Shown here: piece after piece, positions 29,397 to 38,416 of the stretch
Position numbering within the stretch: position 1 is the first letter of the stretch
How the letters are laid out: every line of letters starts with the position of its first letter
NCBI GenBank assembly: GCA_050015395.1
Contig: JBEKBM010000002.1
Span: 64,001 to 128,000, forward strand
Source of the DNA: Candidatus Bathyarchaeia archaeon
GTDB taxonomy: Archaea; Thermoproteota; Bathyarchaeia; Bathyarchaeales; Bathycorpusculaceae
DNA length: 64,000 nucleotides
Direction of reading: 5' to 3'
Program-made: the position numbers and the translations under genes
The notes under the pieces: generated by a model
What the model saw: only the letters and a program-made list of their open reading frames with translations
Told to the model about the DNA's origin: nothing
The model's database searches: none

Positions 29397-31849
29397 GCAC
29401 ACCGCAAGCACCTAAACAACCAGAAACCGCAAAACCTGAAGAGCTACGAGTCGGCGTTTTCGTCTGCGACTGCGGCTTAAACATCGCAGGCACAGTAGAC
29501 GTTAAACAAGTTGTCGAATACGCCAAAACCATACCCGACGTAGTATTCGTCAAAGAAAACCGCTACACATGCGCAGACCCGGGACAAGAAGAAATCCGAA
29601 AAGCCATCCGAGAGCAGAAACTCAACCGCGTCGTCGTTGCCGCTTGCTCACCAAGAATGCACGAACCCACATTTAGACGCACAGTTTCAGAAGCAGGTTT
29701 AAACCCGTTCCTTTTCGAGATGGCTAACATCCGAGAGTTCGCTTCATGGTGCCACCAGAGCACTCCGCAAGAAGCCACAGAACGTGCAAAAGACGCCGTT
29801 CGCATGGCAGTAGCAAAAGTGCGGTTAATGATGCCTCTGCAAACCATCGAGGTGCCAGTCACCAACAAGGCACTCATTATCGGCGGAGGAATCGCGGGGA
29901 TGAACGCTGCCTTAGACTTGGCTGAAATGGGCTTTAAGGTTTACATGCTGGAAAACACGCAGAGCATCGGCGGACACATGGCAGCACTGGACAAAACCTT
30001 CCCAACACTTGACTGCAGCATCTGTATTGAAGGACCAAAAATGGTGGATTGCAGTCGCCACCCCAACATCACAATCTTCGCCAACTCTGAACTTGTTAAA
30101 GTTGATGGTTACATTGGCAACTTCAAAGTAAAAATCCGCAAGAACCCACGCTACGTCATATCTGAAGATTGCACAGGTTGCGGTGAATGCAAAGATGCTT
30201 GCCCAATAGAGTACCCCAACGAGTGGGACATGAACTTGGGCACACGCAAAGCAATTTCAGTCCCGTTTGACCAGACGGTGCCGCTGATTTACGCTGTTAA
30301 CATGGATTATTGTATTGAATGCTTCAAATGTGTTGATGCTTGCGGTGACAGACGAGCTATAGATTTCAACCAGAAACCTGAAGAAGTCGAAATAGACGTT
30401 GGCGCAATAATCGTCTCGACAGGCTTTGACGTTTACTTACCATACGATATGCCGCTTTTGGGTTACGGGAAATACCCCAACGTCATCACCAGCATGGAAT
30501 TCGAAAGGCTCATCTTAGCAGCTGGTCCAACAGGCGGCAAAGTTATCAGGCAATCAGACGGTCAGAAACCACACAGAATCGCATTTATCCTATGCGTCGG
30601 TAGCCGAGACAAGAACAAGTACCCGTACTGTAGCAACTTCTGCTGCATGTACACGCTCAAGCATGTTGTTCAGATTAAAGAGAAATACAAGGAAGACGTG
30701 GAAGTCTACGTTTTCTACATGGATATACGCAGTCCAGGCAAAGGCTACGAGGAATTCTATGACCGCGCAAGAGAAAGAGGTGTAAACTTCATCCGTGGAC
30801 GGGTAAGTCGCATTGACGAAGACCCGACAACTCACAATTTAACTATTCACTCGGAAGATTCACTGCTTGGTCAACCAATAGAAGTCGAAGCAGACATGGT
30901 TGTACTCGCAACGGCAGCCATAGCTAAAAAAGGCTCAGCCGACATTGCACGCATACTAAACTTGTCACGTGGATCAGATGGCTTCTTCATGGAGTCTCAC
31001 CCCAAGCTTAAACCGATGGAGGCGCCGACGGACGGTGTCTTCTACGCAGGCGCCTGCCAAGGCTTAAAAGACATTCCTTACAGTGTTTCGCAAGGTAGCG
31101 GTGCAGCCTCAAAAGCAGCAACAGTCATCTCAAAGCAAAAGTGGAAGATTGAACCCATCATCTCAATGGTTGACGAAACCAAATGTAGAAACAAAATAGC
31201 CAAATGCGGTGTCTGCGTTGACAAGTGCCCCTACGGCGCTATCAAAGCAGAACCGGGCAAAGCAGCATACATTAACACTGCCAACTGCCACGGCTGCGGA
31301 ACATGCGTTGCTGAATGCCCACAACACGCTATTACCCAGATGCACTTCACTGACGCCCAAATTATGGCTCAAATCAGAGCTGCGCTTGAAGACAAACCGG
31401 AAGAGAAAATCCTAGCTATCCTATGCAACTGGTGCAGTTACGCTGGAGCAGACCTAGCAGGAACCAGCCGCTTTGAGTACCCGCCAAGCGTACGAGCAAT
31501 CCGCGTCATGTGCAGCGGCAGAGTAGCCAGAGAATTCGTCCTCGAAGCACTGCGACTTGGGGCAGGAATGGTCATGATTGGCGCATGCCACTTACCCTAC
31601 GACTGTCACTACATCAGCGGAAACTACAAGATGAAAGCACGCACAGACGCCCTAAAAGGCATGCTGACAAAACTGGGCATGAGTCCAGAGCGGTTCAGAG
31701 TAGAATACGTTTCAGCCGCTGAAGGCATCCACTACGCTGAAGTCATCAAAGAAATAGACGCCCAAATGAAAGCGCTAGGCAAAGAAAAAATCCAAGCAGA
31801 AAACGCAAAGCTCAAACCCATTCTAGAAAACATGCTGAAACGAAAGTAG
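29393..31849 (+). CDS. hdrA: Heterodisulfide reductase subunit A fused to MvhD
   Basis: VGVFVCDCGLNI, VVAACSP, GGGIAG, LDKTFPTLDC, CVGSRD, CSNFCC; C-terminal MvhD motifs CNWCSYAGAD, IRVMCSGRV, GACH..DCHY. Confidence 0.95.
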   Translation: MSTPQAPKQPETAKPEELRVGVFVCDCGLNIAGTVDVKQVVEYAKTIPDVVFVKENRYTCADPGQEEIRKAIREQKLNRVVVAACSPRMHEPTFRRTVSEAGLNPFLFEMANIREFASWCHQSTPQEATERAKDAVRMAVAKVRLMMPLQTIEVPVTNKALIIGGGIAGMNAALDLAEMGFKVYMLENTQSIGGHMAALDKTFPTLDCSICIEGPKMVDCSRHPNITIFANSELVKVDGYIGNFKVKIRKNPRYVISEDCTGCGECKDACPIEYPNEWDMNLGTRKAISVPFDQTVPLIYAVNMDYCIECFKCVDACGDRRAIDFNQKPEEVEIDVGAIIVSTGFDVYLPYDMPLLGYGKYPNVITSMEFERLILAAGPTGGKVIRQSDGQKPHRIAFILCVGSRDKNKYPYCSNFCCMYTLKHVVQIKEKYKEDVEVYVFYMDIRSPGKGYEEFYDRARERGVNFIRGRVSRIDEDPTTHNLTIHSEDSLLGQPIEVEADMVVLATAAIAKKGSADIARILNLSRGSDGFFMESHPKLKPMEAPTDGVFYAGACQGLKDIPYSVSQGSGAASKAATVISKQKWKIEPIISMVDETKCRNKIAKCGVCVDKCPYGAIKAEPGKAAYINTANCHGCGTCVAECPQHAITQMHFTDAQIMAQIRAALEDKPEEKILAILCNWCSYAGADLAGTSRFEYPPSVRAIRVMCSGRVAREFVLEALRLGAGMVMIGACHLPYDCHYISGNYKMKARTDALKGMLTKLGMSPERFRVEYVSAAEGIHYAEVIKEIDAQMKALGKEKIQAENAKLKPILENMLKRK

Positions 31850-31861
31850 CCGCACTGCAAG

Positions 31862-31885
31862 TTTTAATTTTTTTCTTTTTATTTT
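31862..31885 (+). terminator. Oligo-T archaeal terminator after hdrA-mvhD
   Basis: ttttaatttttttctttttatttt directly after the stop codon. Confidence 0.6.
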
Positions 31886-32628
31886 AGATACCCTGCTGCT
31901 CTTTTTGTTGCCTAAACCGCTGAACAAATAGCCTACCTCCTCCCCCTCTGCTTTCAATTTTGCTAGAGAAACTCGATTGCTAAATTGATACCCTATCCCG
32001 CCTTACTTAATTTTTGATAATAATTCATTAACAAACTGTCTTGAATAGTTTTTTAGGTCCAAGTTTCACCAGCTAAAAACTAGCCTACCCTCCTTCCTCT
32101 CCTCTTTTTAGACGTAATTCTAGAAAAAAGAGCCTATTTTCATTGTCAAGAAACTGGAAAAAGAGACTTGTTAGTAGCTATATTTTCAGTATTGAGATTT
32201 ATTCACTAGATTAAGGCTGTACTGCTTTTACTTAGACCACAATAGGAAAAGAACCTAGACCTCTACAGAGACCTTAGAGCTAATGAAGAAAGGAGACTTA
32301 GTGATTTTAGTGAGACCATGCTTTAAGTTTAATTACGTCATTAAAATTTTTCCCATGTTTATTTATATACTCAAAATTTTAGATCTAAAAAAGTTGGTAT
32401 ATAAAGCCTTTCGGTTACATCATTCAACAAAAACAACTTAAATTATTTTACCGAGACCATCCTTTAAGATAAATGTTCTTTTCGAGACACATTCGGAAAT
32501 AAGGGTTAGTTTACAGTTTACCAAAAATAGCCTTAATCGTTGCGAACTTTTCATTATTTTGTTTTCAATAGAGATGTTAAGCCTTTAGAAATGTCACTCC
32601 AAAAATAATAAGGAATTTGCTTATTTTG

Positions 32629-32751
32629 CTAAGTTTCTAACTGCTTAAAACATTTAGTAAAATTTCGTTGGTAGGTATTCCGCTAGGTTTCTATTTATTG
32701 TATGGTCGTAGAAACTGCTTAATGTACTTTGCAGAATAGAAAGAAACTTAG
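32629..32751 (-). repeat. 123-bp element with perfect 10-bp terminal inverted repeats (copy 1)
   Basis: CTAAGTTTCT 32629-32638 and AGAAACTTAG 32742-32751; first 69 nt on the minus strand match 47018-47086. Confidence 0.8.
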
Positions 32752-33566
32752 CTATTTGAAGAGTCTTCTGTTGGTGGTCGTGGTCGGATATTCCTCAAAA
32801 CAAGTTTTTGATAATACCAAGAAAAATGTTTAAAATCACTTTGGATTTGTTTTATTATGGCATGTTGAATTATAGCTGTGTTAGGAGCTTTATTGAAATA
32901 AGCTAATTTCTTTTCTTTGTTGTTCTCTTCTTTGTTGTAATTGTTGAAATAATCAATCGCATTATCAATTGAGATAGCATTGGCAACATTTGCATAAGTT
33001 GTCCAATAAGATATTCTTAGAAAATCATACATTGTTGCTGTTCCAAATATGAGAACCCCAAGAAATATGAAAATATAATTGCCATAAGGAATCTTGAAAA
33101 AATTTACAATCTTGATAAAATATTCATAGCTTGAAACCAAACCAAGGATTCCTACCACAATCGCAATCAGATAGCCTACATGGTTTTGGATATATGAGTG
33201 GTAGGAGTTCAATAAGCATCTTCTTGATTCTTCAAAATCTGTTTCATCAATTACTTCTTTAATCGGTTTTTCTCTCTTTGCCTTCCAAATCTTCTTTTCT
33301 TCTGAGTCTTTTCCCTCTTGTTCTTTTTTATCATTTGGGGAATCATTGTTCTTTATCACTCCAAATTTCACTAAAGCCACAAGTATTAGGTATGCAGCAA
33401 CACCAAAAAGAAGAACAACACCAATCGAAGCAAAAGATATGATAGCGTCTTTAGGGTCACCTTTCATGCCATAGAAAAATACTTCATATGCTCCTTGAAA
33501 TATTACGGTGAGAAGGACAACAATTAGGTAAACATTTCTATATTCTTTTAGAGTTATTTTTGCCAT
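32748..33566 (-). CDS. Hypothetical membrane protein (about 4 TM)
   Basis: 272-aa ORF with hydrophobic segments; ATG directly follows the conserved leader element. Confidence 0.7.
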   Translation of the reverse strand: MAKITLKEYRNVYLIVVLLTVIFQGAYEVFFYGMKGDPKDAIISFASIGVVLLFGVAAYLILVALVKFGVIKNNDSPNDKKEQEGKDSEEKKIWKAKREKPIKEVIDETDFEESRRCLLNSYHSYIQNHVGYLIAIVVGILGLVSSYEYFIKIVNFFKIPYGNYIFIFLGVLIFGTATMYDFLRISYWTTYANVANAISIDNAIDYFNNYNKEENNKEKKLAYFNKAPNTAIIQHAIIKQIQSDFKHFSWYYQKLVLRNIRPRPPTEDSSNS

Positions 33567-33605
33567 GTTTAGGTTATTTCTACGCTGTGCATTTTAAGGT
33601 TTGTC
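33567..33605 (-). promoter_or_regulatory. Conserved promoter/leader repeat, copy A
   Basis: GACAAACCTTAAAATGCACAGCGTAGAAATAACCTAAAC-ATG. Confidence 0.75.
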
Positions 33606-34061
33606 AAATTTTTCAGAAACAGCTTTTACTTTACATGGATTATGAGTATGATAAATAGTGAAAACGCAGTTTAATCGGTCTTTTTCATCACTATTATATT
33701 CAATAAGAAATTGTGACCCAATGTCGGCGTTGTCATGAGCATCAATCCATTTGCTTTCACCTATCACATTCCAGAACATCTCTTGCTTCCCATGATATTC
33801 TTTTTCACCAACTTTAAACGATAGCCCTATGTCATTTATTCTGGTGCCTCTATCACCAACATTATTTATGTGAAATTTAGCAAAAAAGAAAATCGTCTTA
33901 ATCTGAGATGTTGAGACCGTAAATCTATGGTGACAGTCTGTTACACTTACTTTTAGGTTTGGTTTTTCTTTTCTGTATGTATAAACAGAAATGATAATAG
34001 CCGAGATTCCTGTAAATGCCCCGATTAAGCCTATCCAATTGGCACTAAGGAATTCACTCAT
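33594..34061 (-). CDS. Hypothetical protein, N-terminal TM anchor plus beta-rich domain
   Basis: 155-aa ORF; WIGLIGAFTGISAIIISVY followed by KPNLKV...NVGDRG. Confidence 0.7.
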   Translation of the reverse strand: MSEFLSANWIGLIGAFTGISAIIISVYTYRKEKPNLKVSVTDCHHRFTVSTSQIKTIFFFAKFHINNVGDRGTRINDIGLSFKVGEKEYHGKQEMFWNVIGESKWIDAHDNADIGSQFLIEYNSDEKDRLNCVFTIYHTHNPCKVKAVSEKFDKP

Positions 34062-34076
34062 TTAGATACGTTCCAT

Positions 34077-34116
34077 GTTTAGGCTATTTCTACGCTATTC
34101 AGATTTAAGACTTATC
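34077..34116 (-). promoter_or_regulatory. Conserved promoter/leader repeat, copy B
   Basis: GATAAGTCTTAAATCTGAATAGCGTAGAAATAGCCTAAAC-ATG. Confidence 0.8.
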
Positions 34117-34139
34117 TTTATGAAAAAAGAGAAAAGAAA

Positions 34140-34877
34140 TTAGCTATTAATGTTTGATCTCTCGACTTTTCTCGACAAACCATACTTTTTGGTTATGGAT
34201 TGAGTAGATGCTATCAATGATAAACTACTTGAGGGAGAAACAAATACTCTTTCCACAAGAAGTTCAATATCCACAGAAACATATATTCCCTCATCTAAAG
34301 GTGTTTTGAAAACTTTACCATTTTCTACCCAGTTGGTAACAATTGCTCTAAGTTCGTTTTCGTTTTCAAACTTCTTATCTTTGCGAACAAGTCTACGAAA
34401 AAAATTATCCATAGAATTAACGTCATTATTCATGTCTCTGTACACCACTTTTCCAATAAAAATATCTCGAGAATCTTTAATGCTATCTCGTAATTTCAGA
34501 TATGTTGATTGGATAGCAATATCTTTTTTGAATACATCCCACATAACTCTAGAATCCTGATCACACATATACCAACAATTTACAAACGTATGCTGGAGTA
34601 GATCTTTATCAGTCACAGAATCTAATTTATTGATATGTTCTAAAAATTGCTGGTTTAAGTGAATGCTTTCTCCCCACTCTTTTCTGTACTTATCAGTCAG
34701 TATAATCTCAGGGTTTGTTTTTTGCCCTTCTAACTTATCACCTAATCGATCAGATCGAGCAAAATATAAAGCATGGCGATTCAATAAGTCGGCATATTTT
34801 TTATCATCAATTAATCGCCATATTTTTTGATCAATTTTATTTGGTTTCTCAAAAATATTGAATTCTTTATATGGCAA
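34140..34877 (-). CDS. Hypothetical protein, DUF2971-like
   Basis: KIWR, LYFARSD.L.D.LEG, VNCW, MW, IAIQST, GKVVY, K.K.FENENELR motifs. Confidence 0.6.
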   Translation of the reverse strand: MPYKEFNIFEKPNKIDQKIWRLIDDKKYADLLNRHALYFARSDRLGDKLEGQKTNPEIILTDKYRKEWGESIHLNQQFLEHINKLDSVTDKDLLQHTFVNCWYMCDQDSRVMWDVFKKDIAIQSTYLKLRDSIKDSRDIFIGKVVYRDMNNDVNSMDNFFRRLVRKDKKFENENELRAIVTNWVENGKVFKTPLDEGIYVSVDIELLVERVFVSPSSSLSLIASTQSITKKYGLSRKVERSNINS

Positions 34878-34902
34878 TTATCTCCCCAATAAAAAATGAA
34901 GC

Positions 34903-34922
34903 ATGCAAATTTAAAACTTATC
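34903..34922 (-). promoter_or_regulatory. Conserved promoter repeat, copy C (5' half only)
   Basis: GATAAGTTTTAAATTTGCAT, 25 nt before the TTG start. Confidence 0.55.
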
Positions 34923-35068
34923 ATCAATGAAAACTTAGCTAATAACTAAAAAAATAATGATAAAGAGGAAGGGAATGTGAAACATATTTTCTAGTCATAA
35001 TTAATACCAATGCCATTTTGGAAGGGAAAAATAAAGAATTAACTAAAGTTCAAGGAAAAAGAGACTTG

Positions 35069-35362
35069 TTAATCTTCTTCTTCAAGTTTTCTCTCTTTAA
35101 TTTTGAGTGTGTTCTCTTCTGGGCTTATTACTCTGAAAAGCTCTGAGAGCTCGTGTTTGTGCAGGAACTTTTTCAAAGTCACGCGTACGTATTTTTTGCT
35201 TAGCCCTTCGCCTTCCCCTTTCACCGTTAAGATTTTTGCGTCTGTCGCTACTTCTCCGCCTGTTTTCTCCTTAAGGAAATCCGCTAGCTTCTCGATTAAT
35301 TTAGCTTCGTCACCTTTAAGATCTGAAGTATCAACTTTCATTTCAACCATTTTCATGTTCAC
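35069..35362 (-). CDS. rpl22e: Ribosomal protein eL22 (L22e) homolog
   Basis: LADFLKEK...SKKYVRVTLKKFLHKHELSELFRVI plus acidic tail resembles eukaryotic eL22 ([26 protein letters not shown]). Confidence 0.75.
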   Translation of the reverse strand: MNMKMVEMKVDTSDLKGDEAKLIEKLADFLKEKTGGEVATDAKILTVKGEGEGLSKKYVRVTLKKFLHKHELSELFRVISPEENTLKIKERKLEEED

Positions 35363-35615
35363 CTCGATTCATGTCACGCAATTTCTTATGTTTTAGCTTA
35401 GTTTTTCACAGCTACATTATTGATTAAGTTTTCCGCTTAAACGTGTCAGTTCGCCCGTCGAGTCATTATCACTGCGTAAGCTCTGTGACTCTATTGCTCA
35501 TCATCCAAAACATTAATCGACAACAAAACTTAAGACTCTTACGCTAAAGCGCATTTATCCAAAGAAACTGTTTTTATTATTCAAGCCAATACTTAGTTGT
35601 GGAGTTGTCTAAGGT

Positions 35616-36137
35616 ATGGATCTTTTGGAAATTATCAAGAATAGAAGAAGCATACGAGTATTCAAAAAACAAGACGTGCCCCAAGACATTATTGAAAAGC
35701 TTCTTGAAGCCGCACGGTGGGCGCCTTCTGCTGGAAACGTTCAACCGTGGGCTTTTGTAGTTGCAATCTCGCAGAAAATGAAGCAGAACCTTTCCATGGC
35801 GGCTTTTGGGCAAAAAGACCTTGAAGAAGCATCAGTCGTTTTTGTGGTTTGCGCTGATGAAAAGCTCGCTGAACAAAGCTATGGTGTACGTGGTAAATCA
35901 CTGTATTGCCTTCAGGACACTGCGGCTGCAATTCAAAATATCTTGTTAACCGCTCACTCGCTTGGTTTAGGTTCATGCTGGATTGGAGCATTCAAAGAGG
36001 ATGAAATAAGGCAAGTCATTAAGGCCCCTAAAGAAATGCGGCCAGTAGCTTTGATTCCAGTAGGATATCCAAACGAGGCACCAGCAGCCAGAAGTCGAAG
36101 ACCAGTAGGCGAAATAATGCATAAAGAAACCTTTTGA
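35616..36137 (+). CDS. Nitroreductase family protein
   Basis: RRSIRVF, APSAGNVQPW, NILLTAHSLGLGSCWIG, VGYP. Confidence 0.95.
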   Translation: MDLLEIIKNRRSIRVFKKQDVPQDIIEKLLEAARWAPSAGNVQPWAFVVAISQKMKQNLSMAAFGQKDLEEASVVFVVCADEKLAEQSYGVRGKSLYCLQDTAAAIQNILLTAHSLGLGSCWIGAFKEDEIRQVIKAPKEMRPVALIPVGYPNEAPAARSRRPVGEIMHKETF

Positions 36138-36843
36138 CGTTTACCAAAGTATTTTTTAGGCTCAAAGCGGTTTCTTTCGTAAAGAAATGCGCTCTACACT
36201 TAGTCGCCCTAAACGGGATTAAACCTGCGTTCTACGGCGTTAATCCCATTGCTACAGTGACGTATAACCATGAACTTGAGTGACTAGTAACAATGAACAT
36301 GCGTGACGTAAAAGAACAGCTAAAAACAAGCCCTATTCAACAAAATAACCATGAAACAGACGCTGAACAGATCAAAAAATAATGTCGCAAGCCTACCCTA
36401 CCTTAATTTGCTAAACGATGAGTTAATAGTTTTAGGTTCTTTAGATTAGACTTAGAAAATCAGCCTTAAGAAATAGTCTATGCTCACCAATCATCCAGGA
36501 ATTCAAACTGCCAAGTTACAGGCATCATTTCTATGCTTTCTCTTTAAGATTAAAGAAGCCTGCTTCAACCTTGGGGTTAGCCCTCAACTTCTTGTAAACA
36601 TTTTCATTGACCAATGGTATTGTACAAACCCGATTTATCCGCGAACCAAATTTTGGCTTCTCCTCAGGCTTGAATAATAAAAGTTGCTTTAACAAACACA
36701 ATAACGTTTAAAAGAGACTTTATCATGTCTAATCGGTTTTATTAGAGGCAAGAGACACATGTGCAAACAGGTGGGTACCAGTTCAGCGAACATGCGCTCA
36801 ACTTGCCCTGTTAAAAATCATAATAACGAAAGGAGGAAAAGAA

Positions 36844-36969
36844 ATGTTATCAAGAGATTGTGACGGATGCTCCCAAATGAAATCGTGCAGTAGACGTTAC
36901 TTCATCGTCGAAAAAGGCAATTGTGTCTTCTGCCCCGACGGAACAGCCCATTTAGTAGATGGACTATAA
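36844..36969 (+). CDS. Small Cys-rich protein (41 aa), not in the ORF track
   Basis: Strong SD AAGGAGG; MLSRDCDGCSQMKSCSRRYFIVEKGNCVFCPDGTAHLVDGL*; T-rich terminator follows. Confidence 0.7.
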   Translation: MLSRDCDGCSQMKSCSRRYFIVEKGNCVFCPDGTAHLVDGL

Positions 36970-37226
36970 AATCAAGCGAAAAAATCATTTTAAAGTTTTT
37001 TCATTTGCTCCATTTTTTATTTTCTTACTGATTTTTCACGGTAAATAACCAAAAAATGAATTACAAAATGAATTCAACAATAAAAAAGATTAATCATTTC
37101 ATAAAATTTTAATTCGCATAATATTATAATTTTTTGTTTGAGAAAGTGCGTTAACGCTGTTCTTGAGAGACACATGTTAGCGACGAAAGAATTAGGTAGC
37201 TCGGTGGTCATTTAACGCGTAGGAGC

Positions 37227-37463
37227 TTAACAGAGGGTGCAAATCATCAAATAATCCTTGCCGTGATCTATTCTTAATTTATGAGTTTTAACGTAATCTT
37301 CCAGTTGCTTGAGCAATGATTCATTGGCTAAGGTTGCATCCGTTAGAACTACATAGCCTTCAGTTTCAGTATCATATATCCCCCACTCAGTAAACCCTTT
37401 GAATACTTTAGGGTGACAGGCGGGAAATTTCTTTGAAAATTCTATTGCTTCAGCAAAATCCAT
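37227..37463 (-). CDS. Hypothetical protein
   Basis: 78-aa ORF with ATG start and protein-like composition. Confidence 0.55.
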   Translation of the reverse strand: MDFAEAIEFSKKFPACHPKVFKGFTEWGIYDTETEGYVVLTDATLANESLLKQLEDYVKTHKLRIDHGKDYLMICTLC

Positions 37464-37793
37464 GCAAACAAACCCGATTCACATAACAATTTGCTGCATG
37501 AAATTATTAAAAACTTGTGCGTAAAACAGGCTACAACTTTGTTTAAAATTGTCAGATCGCACCGTTGTGAATGGCAAAACTTCAGCGGATCAGGGCATCC
37601 CCCGCATATATCACGCCATACATAACCCGTATTATCAGCTCCAGAAGCAATCCAGCTCGAAACAGAAACGTTTAGATCTCTAAGGAATTTGAACCCAACG
37701 GTTTCAAGCCGCATTTATTGCAATTGGAATTTGACCTTGAGCGCTTTTGAACGGAATCGTAATCAACCATAGCTCACTTCTGTAAGTGAGTTA

Positions 37794-38048
37794 TCATGTT
37801 CCCTGTTTGCTTTTGCGTCTTCTATCAATCAAACGGAAGGCTGCGTTAGCGCCGACAAAAATTACCAATAAAACCAAGAGAAATCCAAGGAAACTGAAGA
37901 TTCTATCCAGCAAGAGAAACAAGTTCAACAATAGCACAACAGTGGCGATAATGAAGATTGCAACCTTCTCTTTAACGATAATCCTAGGAGACATAGATTG
38001 TTGGTCACGATTAAACGCATCACGTGCTCTTACTAATCTCTTTCCCAT
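37794..38048 (-). CDS. Small membrane protein (2 TM)
   Basis: 84-aa ORF, two hydrophobic helices, purine-rich SD-like sequence upstream. Confidence 0.5.
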   Translation of the reverse strand: MGKRLVRARDAFNRDQQSMSPRIIVKEKVAIFIIATVVLLLNLFLLLDRIFSFLGFLLVLLVIFVGANAAFRLIDRRRKSKQGT

Positions 38049-38416
38049 CCTTTTTGAAATTCTTCCTCTCCCCTATTCCAAAACAAGCCTGAAGCGCCTG
38101 ATTAAGGCAAAATTAAGCTTACGCCTCTAAGTTGGAAGAAGTCGAATGAATTATTCTCGCTAATCTTTGAATCGAGCATAGGCAAGGCGTCCTGTCAGCG
38201 CTTTCACTTGGTTTGGTTCTTCGTTTGGCCGCTTCAATATAGACCTTCTAAAGCTTGGCAGCATGACTTCTTTATTAGGCTCTAGGCATTCTCAGATTGA
38301 AAATGTTTAACATTAACAGTATCTGAGTCGATACCAGAACTATGTCGAGGCCGCTCATTCCTTTTTCAGAAATTCTAAAAACGAGTTTTGTCAAAGTTTT
38401 GAAAAAAGAAAAGAGG

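Larger units (their letters stand above)
32156..35071 (-). mobile_element. Putative integrated islet (3 ORFans) bounded by an 18-bp direct repeat at the 3' end of rpl22e
   Basis: GGAAAAAGAGACTTGTTA at 32156-32173 and 35054-35071; AT-rich interior; no integrase. Confidence 0.55.

Noticed and set aside
31850-32740. Replication origin in the long AT-rich intergenic region
   Set aside because: No adjacent cdc6/orc1 gene and no clear ORB consensus; the repeats match the islet modules instead
37442-38130. ORFs 37442..37714(-) and 37786..38130(+)
   Set aside because: No motifs; the second is antisense to a more plausible membrane-protein ORF
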